Below, one piece after another: positions 8,855-22,345 of a stretch of 64,000 nt of DNA. Made by a program: the position numbers and the translations under genes. Position 1 is the stretch's first letter; the number at the start of each line of letters is the position of its first letter. The notes below the pieces were generated by a model. That model saw only the letters and a program-made list of their open reading frames with translations, made no database searches and was not told where the DNA came from. This stretch comes from Glycera tridactyla (Eukaryota), in NCBI GenBank assembly GCA_965644265.1, contig OZ286459.1, forward strand, positions 135,532,001 to 135,596,000. Direction: 5' to 3'.

Positions 8855-11152
8855 TACTTCTGTACATTCTATCCCAACCCTGTCCAAAAAGTCGCCTGTC
8901 AAAAATATCGTACTCATAGATGGTCCTTATAATATAACATCCAAATTGGTCTTCGTAGAAAGGTAGAAAGGCCAGGAGGTCTGGATTTGGACATTTATTT
9001 GTCAGACAACTGAGAGAACTTTGGTTCTGATCCTTTCATGATCCGGGAGAGCAGGTAGAACACTCGGGTCATGTAAAATTCATCAGGCTTCCCGTCGGCG
9101 CATTAGACACGCCGGTGCACGAATAGATTACGTGCCCATTAGACCGTGACCGGGAGGACGGACTTAATGTGAGGACTCATGCACACTTAACTGAGGCGTT
9201 TAAACGGTGACCATGCATTCTGTATTCAGTATATAAGTGCACAAGATGTCAGGCCAGTGCCACCGATATCGCCTGATATGTACAGGGCTGTAAGAACAAA
9301 TTGTATCAAAATTCAGGCAGACCACAATCAATTATTCTCTCTACAAATCTGAACAGATGGGTAGAAACATGGGGGTATTTTGATGACTACGAGTGAAATG
9401 TTTGTGAGTTATACGAGTGGATAAATTGTTCGCTTCATTTCGCACAAAAAGTAGAGCTTGCGGATTATATAGTCTGGCATAGATTCTCCCATGTGATATT
9501 GGTGGAATGTATCCTTGATGCCCGATTCAATTTCGTCACTCTGCCCTGAGGTACCCATTTAACCAGAGCTTCTTCGGAAGGACATCTACTCACACAACTC
9601 TGAATGATTGCCACAGAATGGCAGAATATTGGCAAATGGTGTTTTATTTCAGTCAAAGATGTCGGTCAATACAGGGTGCTGCGAGGCACCTTGCTAGTGA
9701 CAATTTACTGTCAGGCAGGTTCGGAGTTGAATGTATCCTTATTATATGTTCTACGCCCGCGTTGGGAACGCTCAATTATTGAGCAAGCGTGTGTTGTTAT
9801 GTTTGTGCGACGAAACAAAATAAATATATCAAATCAAATCGTGATCCGATACAGCAGCTTCCGTGGCATGACCCTGTCTGGTAACCCTTGGATTTTGAAA
9901 GCCACAAATTGGAAAAAGCACCAAACTGAAAACTAGGGCTGCTAAATTTGACAAAGGGAAGCATGATACCATCACAATCGACTCCCAGTCTGTCAGATCC
10001 AAACATGACAGAAACGTGTCACACGCTCGGGTCACCAGTTCTCAACCGATTCTAGTTCCAACTATCAGACTGGATTATATATAATCTCCGACGATTATCG
10101 GACCTAATCACAAATCACGTGCATGTTTTTGAATATGATGTGCTGCCATTCCATTGACATTATACGACGAATCTGCCAACAGTATGGGTTGTCCTTCGTG
10201 CATGGAACGTTGGACGCGCGGAAGTGACCATAGCTTGCCAGTGAGTCTCCTTTCAATCTTAGTTCATGTACTGAGGTGAGGGAAGATTTTTGATTTGCCT
10301 GACTTTGACCTGAGATCTGTGGGTCGGGAGGGAGAACTCGCACGGCCGCGTGCATGATCCTGTCACAGCGTGGGCCCTGTCATAGGGCCATGACATCGAA
10401 CACCCAGCTGGCGCTATCTCATTGAGTGTAAGGTGTCAATGTTGATTGTTTGAGGTCAGACTGGGTCAATCAGTCCGTGATAAATTCCACACAGACAGGA
10501 GGCTCACTCACGACTACAGTAGGTATGTGAGTGAGTGAGTGTGTGAGTGAGTGAGTGTGTGAGTGAGTGAGTCAGTGAGTGAGTGAGTGAGTCACTCAGT
10601 GAGTGAGTGAGTGAGTCAGTCAGTAAAGGGGTGGGCGAAGTTGTGAGTGACTAGGGTGCGAGTAACCGAATGAGCATGTGGGGGGGGGGGAGTGGGGATG
10701 TAGTGAGTGAGTGGGGAGTGAGTGAGTGGGTGAGTAAGTGTGCATCTAAAGTTTCACACATACACACTGTCATTTTGTCGCATCAATGAAGGAATGAAAA
10801 TATATTTTTTTCAATGATGACTTTTATTTTCAATGTGGCAAAACATGATGACACATAATCTCCGGTTGTATAATAGTGGACGTCGATTACTCGTCATTTG
10901 ATTCAAAATTCATAAATCGAGAAAAAAAGCATTTGCACGGAATGATGTGTTGCTGCTATCTAGTTGAAACTAGCAAACAAAAAAGACACAAAACTGTACA
11001 ATGTTTGCACATATGCACGTAGAAACATATACACAATGTGTTACAACTCACACTTCATTAGATTATATTCAATATGAATACGTTATCTGGGAACGACTTC
11101 ACTAAAGTCTAGTTACCAGCAGTTCTTGTCTGTGATGAATCCAAAATGAGTA

Positions 11153-11270
11153 CAGTCATTCCTGTCTACAAAATCCACCCATGCTCGCTTGACAAGTGGT
11201 CTTAGTCGATGGTGCCCGTTGTGGGCAGGTGACAGTTGTGGAGAGGTGTCCTATGTAGTAGGTTCAACTG
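11153..11270. mobile_element. Degenerate MITE, CAGT..ACTG type
   Basis: ta|cagtcattcctgtctaca ... tgtagtaggttcaactg. Confidence 0.5.
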
Positions 11271-14022
11271 CATACGGTTTCGTTGGGTTCTACCATGTAT
11301 TCCTGTTGTACAGTATCGTTCAATATAGGTGGATTCTCGTCAAATGATCGATCGAGATGTTTGGGTGGATGGACATTGGCACATTGATCACACTCGTGAC
11401 TCACACAGGAGACTGTGGCGGGGGTTGCGTCATGGAGGATTGATTGATTCAGTTGGGCTCAACATCTCTTCAACCCAGGCAGGATTATTTGAGACTATCA
11501 TGAGGGAGGTCCCATCCATTGGAAAATGAATGTACAGCATGCATTTTACAACAAAGCTTTCCGCTGCTTTTNNNNNNNNNNNNNNNNNNNNNNNNNNNNN
11601 NNNNNNNNNNNNNNNNNNNNNNNNNNNNNNNNNNNNNNNNNNNNNNNNNNNNNNNNNNNNNNNNNNNNNNNNNNNNNNNNNNNNNNNNNNNNNNNNNNNN
11701 NNNNNNNNNNNNNNNNNNNNNNNATACATGAACATATGTATACTGTTTTATACATCACAATTGCTTAGCTCATTCGAAATAGACTCGAGACCAAGAACAT
11801 TTGCTCAAAATCCGAGCATATTTGTGCCTCATTGGAAAGGGGCCCGAGATCCCGCTCGTCGGAAGGAATTTATCATATTGACAAGATACAAAAATCATGA
11901 CTGGCAACATGAGAGGACTACCTCAGTCCTCAGGTCATTTCCTCCAACTGGAATGCAAAAAATGATATGTGTATAATGGAAAATTGGAAACCTACCCGGA
12001 ACAAGTGTATGTATATATAGGATATATTCCACACGCAGTTGTTATTAGCCACGATACATCTACTTCACATCACATGGTTGGTGATACAGACAGGGTCACT
12101 TAACATATATATGCTGTATTCATCCGGCACATCATGAAACATATTCCACACAGGATAGAATCGATATTTGTACGTCATAACTCAGCATCTCGTACACCCC
12201 ACGTGTTCTTCCTACGCTTCATGCCCCGCCCCCCATGCAAGCAGGTCCAAGCGTATAACCGCGGACGCCCCTCGCATCAGGTCGCTTGTTTGCATTTACT
12301 GGCATAATTGAAAAAAATCCTCAGTGATTGGCAATTGACCAGGCACCGAAGTCAACGTGAACGTGACTGTGACCTAAACTCCCTTCAAAACGTATCTTTG
12401 TTGAGTGATGGATAATCTGTCTCGATATTTAGAATTATATATGCCTTGTTTACCCCGGATTCCACAAAGGATTTCTTAGCCATCAGATAAATCATTTTAA
12501 CAGGTCCTGTAGCAAATTATACAAAAGTAGAAGTAGTAGCGTATTCATACACGCCGCTAACGACATCTCAAACTCACCTCTCAAATCGAATTATACTTTG
12601 GCGTATCAATTTCATTTGTTTTATAAATCAGTTCCGGTAAAAAAATGAGCAATGTAGTCAAAAAGGTGTGCAATGGTCTGCATATGGAACTACAGTTATA
12701 TCACTCTAAACATATTTCACTTGATGAGTACAGCCATGTGCTTGAACGATTTCACGGGGGACACTGCTTTAACTATGTGAGTACCCGGTGTTGATCTGTT
12801 TCATTCTTTGAGAATGATCAGCCATATGAGTGTACGAAGCTGGAAATATTTAGGTTGCGATGAATAGTTGATAATTGATGAATATCTCCCATGTACCCAC
12901 GTCATTATTTGTACAAATGCACGACATAGATGTACACACGCACACACTTACAGACTGAATCACACGCAAACGCACACGCACACGCACATACACATGCACA
13001 CACACTGTTCTCACTGCACACACATTATTCTATCTGCACNNNNNNNNNNNNNNNNNNNNNNNNNNNNNNNNNNNNNNNNNNNNNNNNNNNNNNNNNNNNN
13101 NNNNNNNNNNNNNNNNNNNNNNNNNNNNNNNNNNNNNNNNNNNNNNNNNNNNNNNNNNNNNNNNNNNNNNNNNNTGATTTTGGGATGATCATCTCGTGAA
13201 GACATGACGTCAGCTTGACGCAGAAGCACGTGACCTTGACTTCACAACAAGTCGACGTCATCTACATACAATGCACTTCCGCCGTCAGCAAGAGTTACAA
13301 AATATACACTGGCAAAAAGCCCAACCAGCCCCGGCCACCTCCAGCACACACAACGAACAACCAATTTACTCAATCCTTCTTGGGGTCTCTCGTGTTGCTC
13401 GCGATGACTGGCCATATCCATGTGAATGCCTGCTTTTCAATCGGCTACCAGATGTAAGAGGAAGCATCTTCCCGATATGCATGTACCTCGGGTTGAGAAC
13501 TTCATCTTACCATAGTCATCGTATGCAGATTAACCTACATCAGTGTATGGCCCTCCGCGACCACGCACGCTAAACGACATTTATCAGCATAAGCAACTTG
13601 TTGAAAGCTGGCAGTCATTGGGCTTATGAACATTCGATGGGTAATTGGTGACTTCTTTGAGCAGCATCAGAATTTTTCTGTCATCTTCCCGAGGCCCGGT
13701 TTGTTTATTTGTTACTGTCACCTCAGAGCAAGCAGAAGAGCGCCCTCTTTGAACACCTATAGCAGCACCTTTTTCAACTACGCGAGATGGCAGCACAAAG
13801 CTGTCTCCCGAAAACATCCTCCCCGCAAGGAACGATCTGCTGATATGGCACATCAAAACTGGGATTCGTGTAGAAAGCTAGAATTGAGGACGCTATGTCA
13901 CCAGCATGAGCGAAGTCAGGACGGTCTCGTGCAGGACTTCTGCTGAAAGGCATTCGATTCCTGGCATTCAATTCAGAATTGGTAGGATAAACCAATGAGA
14001 GAATACTGACTGATCGCGGGTC

Positions 14023-14200
14023 TCAGGTGCCCTGCCCTAAGCCAATATCAATCAACTGGCCCTTAGTTCGTGTAGGTCTGTTTAGTTCTATCAACTGTGG
14101 TCGGATAGGGCGACTTGGTTGGTATTTGGGCGAGCGTCCCAGTAAAAGTAGAATTGCATCAACTGTTGTGCATAGTTCCGACTCAAAATTGTTCATACGC
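14023..14200 (-). CDS. erg: ERG last coding exon: second half of the coiled coil to TGA
   Basis: tgttttttcag|(E)[25 protein letters not shown]; phase 2 completes GA+G. It matches the ERG coiled-coil pattern (hERG RLETRLSADMATVLQLL). AATAAA on the minus strand at 13709-13704. Confidence 0.85.
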
Positions 14201-17200
14201 CTGAAAAAACAAAAGACATACATTTAATCCATGTAGAATATAAAGCAGTAATGTGTGCCCTGGCCTTACACGTGACAACAGAAAGTATTCATATTCCTCA
14301 CTATCGAACTTCCATTTCGATTGAAAATTCCAGCGACTTATTTAGACTTTTTCAGAACTTTCCAGCCTGACTGTGCTCTTTATGTCCACTGTCCCAGGGA
14401 TGTTGAAATATTCATTATTCGATGGGCGAGTATTTCACTGATGCATGGGGTGACATTTTGCGTACTGAATGCTCTTATTTTATCAAGTCAAGGAGCATTT
14501 AGCCGCTCATGTATGATGCGTCTAAAGGAGAGGCATGGGGTTCTCAGGATTGCTTGCCAGAGAGCTTGTAGCGACTATGCATTCTCTTGTATATGCTACC
14601 AATGAACGTGACCGCGATATGTGAGGTAGTATCAACATTTTCGGACCACATTCACCACCACCACCACCGCCCAACCACCACCACCACCACTACTACAACT
14701 ACCATAGTTGAAGGAGGGCAATGCGAAGATAATTAAGTAGATACTCGAACTTCATTCATATGGTCTTTCATACTATGAACGTAGAAAGATACTGAGCATG
14801 ATATACCCCGTCCTCCTAATAATTATGATCGAATACAGTATAGGATATGATTGGGTTTCACTCACTCTGTTATACTGTGTTACCGATTATCAATATCCTC
14901 TAACTCACTCTATTATACTGTGTGACCAATCATCAATAACATCCCTTACTCACTCTGTTATACTGTGAAACCAGCAATATCCTCTTACTCACTCTGTTAT
15001 ACTGTGAAACCGATTATCAATATCCTCTTACTCACTCTGTTATACTGTGTAACCGATTATCAATATCCTCTTACTCACTCTGTTATACTGTGTAACCGAT
15101 TATCAATATCCCCTTACTCACTCTGTTATACTGTGTAAGCGATTATCAATATCCCCTTACTCACTCTGTTATACTGTGCAACCTATTATCAATATTCTCT
15201 TACTCACTCTATTATATTGTGTAATCGATTATCATATCCTCTTACTCACTCTGTTATACTATGTAACCCATTATCAATATTCTCTTACTCACTCTGTTAT
15301 ACTGTGTTACCCATTATCGATATTCTCTTACTCACTCTGTTATACTATGTAACCCATTATCAATATTCTCTTACTCACTCTGTTATACTATGTAACCCAT
15401 TATCAATATTCTCTTACTCACTCTGTTATACTGTGTAACCGATTATCAATATCCTCTTACTCACTCTGTTATACTGTGTAACCGATTATCAATATCGTCT
15501 TACTCACTCTGTTATACTATGTAACCCATTATCAATATCCTCTTACTCACTCTGTTATACTATGTAACCCATTATCAATATCTTCTTACTCACTCTGTTA
15601 TACTATGTAACCCATTATCAATATTCTCTTACTCACTCTGTTATACTGTGTAACCGATTATCAATATCCTCTTACTCACTCTGTTATACTGTGTAAGCGA
15701 TTATCAATATCCTCTTACTCACTCTGTTATACTGTGTAACCGATTATCAATATCCTCTTACTCACTCTGTTATACTGTGTAAGCGATTATCAATATCCTC
15801 TTACTCACTCTGTTATACTATGTAACCCATTATCAATATCCTCTCACTCACTCTGTTATACTGTGTAACCGATTATCAATATCCTCTTACTCACTCTGTT
15901 ATACTGTGTAACCGATTATCAATATCCTCTTACTCACTCTGTTATACTGTGTAAGCGATTATCAATATCCTCTTACTCACTCTGTTATACTATGTAACCC
16001 ATTATCAATATCCTCTTACTCACTCTGTTATACTATGTAACCCATTATCAATATCCTCTTACTCACTCTGTTATACTGTGTAACCGATTATCAATATCCT
16101 CTTACTCACTCTGTTATACTGTGTAAGCGATTATCAATATCCTCTTACTCACTCTGTTATACTGTGTAACCCATTATCAATACTCTCTTACTCACTCTGT
16201 TATACTATGTAACCCATTATCAATATTCTCTTACTCACTCTGTTATACTATGTAACCCATTATCAATATCCTCTTACTCACTCTGTTATACTATGTAACC
16301 CATTATCAATATCCTCTTACTCACTCTGTTATACTATGTAACCCATTATCAATATTCTCTTACTCACTCTGTTATACTGTGTAACCGATTATCAATATCC
16401 TCCAGACTATTGATACGACTCGGGTAGTGGTCAGCGTTGGCATGCACGTCGTATTCGATGGCTAATGGTGGGCCCATGATGTCGAGCTGGCCCGTACTTG
16501 AGCTAGATTTGGGCAGACACGAGGTGGAGCTGGAGATGGAAGCGATGGGGGAGAGACCCATACCACGTGGGTGATGAGGATGTCGCGTCACGGCCGCAGA
16601 ACGTTGGTGTGACGGTGGCGAAGCACGTCGACGTCGAGGTCGACGTTCGCTGCTCGACGAGTCCAGAATACTACGTTGACCCACGGAGTTGGCTGAAAAT
16701 GTCAATACCAGAGATTGCAATTAGTAGTGTGAACAACCAGTTCATTGTCCATTCCACATTTTGAGACAAACAAAACATAAACCATCACGATGAGAATGTA
16801 TTTTATCTCTCGGGGGCAGATATTGAGGGACCTCATTTGTCGAAAATCAGATTTCTCCATTGATTTCTGAGAATTTGTTCGCAAATTCTCTTATGGCATC
16901 ATCGTCAAATCACTTCTTTGCATAATTACCACCTTCTTTGCGCTGTCACGAAATATTAATGATTGTAAAATGATGTCGTTAGTACCTACATCTAGCCTAA
17001 TCTGTCGAAACAATTCTATCCATCATGGAAATCGAGCAAATGGGCAATTTAAGCGATTCAATCATTTGATCATGTCGTTTTTGGTGCTGATTACTGAATA
17101 GCACAGCCTTTTTGAATAGTGTCATCGCTCATATAAATGATCTCATGTTTGCATGATGAGAGCCTTGTGAGATCACATGGCAGGATCATCAAGTCGAATA

Positions 17201-20069
17201 GGATCCGTTCTACTCAATCTCTGTGCACTCGCACCGCTTACCTCGAAAAGATCGTGCGGGTGATTTTCTATAGATTTTCCTGGCCATACTTTGAGTGTGG
17301 ATAGTGCTCTAAGTGGTGTTATGCCAACCTCCAAGTAAACTGGCACAGGTCACTTGGTTGGAAGGTGTAGTTATAGATGTGTCCAATGAGAGAGTATGTC
17401 AGTTTGAGGCGGAGCAGCTTCATTGAAACATTGAATACATTATCTTCTGTGGGAATGCAGGAGATTGAGAGCAAACTCTCTAAACTCCAAACCTGGTGAG
17501 CCCTATCCCTACGCCTCAAAATGAGAAATTTGAAAAAGATTGTCTCATCACATGAACCTGGAGATTGGGTTTACATCTCAAAACAAGCGATGGGATCTGC
17601 TGGTTTCCATCTCTGGTATACATTAGCGTGTCGTAAGCGGTGGGTAGTGTGGTAATAAATAGGAAATAAGTACGGTGGCCCATCATGGAGAACATTTCAA
17701 TCTCCATCGTACTACACATTTGTACCGTGATGGAAATATTACCACTTTGGTCATCAATTTCCTCCTAAGTTGAAATGTTTCCACCGCAGTGGAAATATTT
17801 CCACCATAGTTGAAACGTTTTCACCGTAGTGGAAATATTTCCACCATAGTTGAAACGTTTTCACCGCGTTTGAAATTAGTGATACTATGGAGATTGAAAT
17901 TATATCCACTCTTGGCACTTATGGGCCACCGTGAATAGGTGCAGTTGACTAGGGTGTGTGAGTGAGAGAACGCGTGATTAAAGCTCAGTGCCAAGGAAAC
18001 AGTCGAAATCATACAATTGCCTAAAAAATATCATCTGAGTAGCTCATTCTACACCAGTCAGAATAACATTCTACACCAGTCAGAATAACATTCATCGTGA
18101 TCGTCGTGATAATGAGGTATGTCGGAGTGAAACCAACTTCGTATCAACTTTTTTTTAGGCATGACTTCCATGCCAAACTTCTGCACTTCTTTGCAATGGA
18201 AATTGAGTATTTGCATTCCGGAGAGATGGGGGGGGGGGGGGGGGGGGGCGGTGTTGAAACAACAACATACTACCCTAGCATGTATCAAATATGTCATGCG
18301 AGAAATGGGTATAATTCTCATATAGAGACATGCTTGTATAATCTCTGTTCGAGTTTTCGAATAAGGAAATACAAAATACTTTCATGCATTTGATCAATAT
18401 GTTTCAGTACTCAAATGAAAAAAAAGCTTGAAGATCATGTCAAGTACCAGTTTACGATAGTACTGAATGAGAGAGGAATGAGATAATGAAATGAAGAAAA
18501 ATGGCGATGATGAATGTGAGGGTGGATGGTGTTGATTGTGAAGGGTAGTCAGGTGACTGGATTGTATTTGTGGTCATCACCAATAAAGTCGTGAAATAAC
18601 ATAGTCCCTTGATATGTTTAGAGAGAGAGTGAAGAGAGGTAGACAGCGACAGAGACAGAAGCAAAAGAGTACCTGCATATCTAAATAGCGACCTACGTTT
18701 GGCCTCACCGTCGGACAGGTCGGAACTGTCCGCCTGGTGGCGGTGTGAGGCACCAAGGGCAGCGTGTGGCGACAGCTCGACGATGCCCAAACTATGCTGG
18801 TCGTCGTCACTAGACTCCTCCATCGACGACGGCCTCTGGCGGTCAGCACTAGAACTACGTCGTCCTACGAAACCACGACGGAGCGCCGACGATCGCTGAC
18901 CTACGTGCAGACAAAACGTAAATTCATGCGATTCTTCCTGTTCATCCAGTCACACCGATGTAAAATCGTGATGGATATTTCCGTAAGAGCCCATTTTCAC
19001 TAAATAAAATCTCTCTAGCATATGAGGTGAAAATGTCAAGAAATTCCATTAACAAAACCTGAATGAAATTCCATCGAGAGACTTTCTTCAGTAACGGCGT
19101 CCTTTCACCCTCAGCCTTAATGAATACACTATTAAGAAACCGTAAGATATAAGTGAAAAAATCACACGATGGAATATGGCTTTTGCCGCAACAGTGATAT
19201 ATCAACAATGTGGGATATCCGCTACAATGAATATGTAGTTCAATCGTTTCAATGCACTAAATACAATATTGAAATGTGTCATGGCTTTTGCCACAATAGT
19301 CAGATACCAACGATCCCGAATATCTGCTCCAACGTATTTGTAGTTTTTACCGTTGAAATCCACTAAATACTGTTGAAATATATCATGGCTCTCGCCAGTG
19401 AAATATCAACGATTTGGAATATATGCCCCTTCATATATGTAGTCTCAATCGTTTAAATTCAATAGATAGCGTTGAAATATTACGGCTGTTGTCGCTACAG
19501 TGAGATAACAACAATTCAGACTATCTGCTGCAACATATATGTAGTCTCAATCCCTAGAATGCACTGAATTGTGTTGAAATATCTTCCTCAACCAATTGCA
19601 TGCCGACTGGTATATCAAAAGCTGGCCGTGTGTATAGGAGTCTATTCCCGTATGCCTGCGGCAGCGGTTCCTCCTTTCTTCAGCATTTTCAGTTCTTCAG
19701 TCCGATATAACCCAGTGTGGTTGAAAGGACGTTAAACCCAAACGAACAAACAAAGGATGTCGAGGCTCTTATCGCAATAGTGAAATATCAAACTTCCAGG
19801 ATATCTGCTCCATCATATACATGTATGTAGTTTCTGACTAATTTACTGACTAATGTTTAGAATTAGAATTAGAATTAGAATTAGAATGGCGTGACTGACC
19901 TCGTTCATCGTAGCGGCCTCCTGTGCCACCTTTACACTGTAACCTCGGCCTTCGCTGTCGGATAAACTTGAGTGTCTCCTCGTCCACCGAGGCCGGAGCG
20001 TAACTCGCCAGAAGATCACCCTTCAACAAGCAATTCGACATTGTCAAACTGTATATATATATATATATT

Positions 20070-20129
<60 letters not shown>

Positions 20130-22253
20130 GGTGCATACATGCACATGCACTTTGAAGATAGCGTTCGAAATCCAACATGTTTATTATGCCACACCTGTGT
20201 GATTTTCTATGTGTTAAAGTGGTATGTGATATCACTTGAAATACTCCCCAACCGTCGGGACTACCTTTGCTGATCATTAGCTAACTGGTACCCCAGCCTC
20301 ACATGATATATGAAACTATGTGCTGTTGGATAGGGTACCTATGAGCATGGAAGGTAAACAAGAATTGAAACATGTTTAGAAATCTGTCGTCTCCAAAGTG
20401 GAAAATCAAGTGGGAACAGGAATCATGTTAGAGGGTTCCATTACAATTCAATAAACGTATTTCATGCACGCATACATGTCATATTCATGCATCTAGNNNN
20501 NNNNNNNNNNNNNNNNNNNNNNNNNNNNNNNNNNNNNNNNNNNNNNNNNNNNNNNNNNNNNNNNNNNNNNNNNNNNNNNNNNNNNNNNNNNNNNNNNNNN
20601 NNNNNNNNNNNNNNNNNNNNNNNNNNNNNNNNNNGGTCTATAATAGGTTTGGTGCAGTTATAAAGGAGTTATCCAGCGGGCAATTAATTGCTGCCCTTGG
20701 GCGGGTATCCCTGCCTCTTATTCATCTTCCTGGGATGACCGGCTGATTGGACATGATGAAGAGCCAGCCCGCAGCCAACCTCGCGGCTAAAGCTATCTTC
20801 CTCCAATCTACAATCTTTCTCGTGTCATCAGAGAGAACTACTCGAGCAACAGTAGTCATTTCAAAAAGTCTCGAATGACCTCGAGAAATGAATGCTAGGG
20901 CACCCGCTCTGATTTAGAATATACACAGGCCCTAATCAAAGTGGTATCAAGTACTTTAATGCCAGAAGAGTCCACTTGAAAAAATCAGATGCTTGTGCAG
21001 AGAGATTTCACTCGGACTTTGGTTTTGTGGAATTCAATGGCTGTCCCCTGAGTTGGATACGGTTGATGTGATCTCAAAATCACGAGTTGGTGCTGGAAGC
21101 AAGTTCACTACACCTGAGGATGAGACATATGGTCAAGGAATGTACGAAATACCTACCTCACGCAGGTCGAAGGTCACCCGGAATTTATTGAGAAAATCCC
21201 CGGCGAATTCTGGATACATGTCGAGAATCTCGTGTAAGTCTGTCAGTGTCACCTTGTGGAGATCACAGTAACTAAGTGCTCTGACGCAGTAGTTGGATTT
21301 CCCTATACTAGCGGGGTCGCCCACTATTTGCGGCCTCAAATTCTCGCCAAATATATCATCCTGGCCTGAAATAGAAAAATTATGATGAGTCGATCCAAAT
21401 GTAGCAATCACACGCCTAGTGTAGAATATATGCTTTAATTACAGTCAAACTTGTCCTAAGCATGGAGCCAATGGATGTGAAAAGTGTCCGTGCTTGGTGC
21501 AGGTCTACGCTTAGTACAGGTCAGATATGGTGAAAAATACTCTGGTGGGATGAATAGGATCCCGTCGCTTAGTACACGTCTTGCTTAGGTCAAGTTCAAC
21601 TGTAGGTCAAAAGCGATTCATCGGCCGACAGATGAATATCTTCGACTTTCTGTGATGAAGTCTACAGATGAAAAACTACAAACCGAGACCAGTTGCATTC
21701 ATAGTAATAAATCGCTTCTTGGATGGTGGACCTTATCGTCATATATATCGAACTGAAATTTCATCTTCTGTTGAGGACGCCAATGTAGGAGTCCTGGAAG
21801 AACCCACCCATACGCATTTCATTGGCGTCTCAATATGGCCCTGGTGGTGTTCATGAGATGTATAACGATGAACAACCTGTCTAATAGTGCGGTTGGATCC
21901 ATTTGAACTCACCAAGAATGGCCATGACGATGTCCTCGCGTAATATCTCTATGGAGCCACGTGCGATGAAATAGATGGCGTCGAGAATATCACCCGGATG
22001 TATTAATGTGTCACCAGGTGGCGCGTGAGTCGACTTGAACTTCATGGACAACACACGTAAACAACCTGCAAACAAGATTGAACTAGTCTTCAGTCTAGTG
22101 GCTATCATTCTCTTACTTTCATGCTGATTTGTGATTGCAGGAATTTTCCAGCATGCACCAAGCCTAGCTTTAACGGATATTCGATTCCAAAAACAATATT
22201 ATTTTATTCTTCAAGTAGTTCATCAGTCATTATATTGGTTGACAAGTGAAACC

Positions 22254-22345
<92 letters not shown>

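Noticed and set aside
13650-13680. SECIS element making the ERG TGA a selenocysteine codon
   Set aside because: AUGAC-AG-AAAAA-UU-CU-GAU has far too short a helix for a SECIS, and no redox motif surrounds the TGA.
15217-15438. 73-aa ORF in the minisatellite
   Set aside because: Artefact of the repeat.
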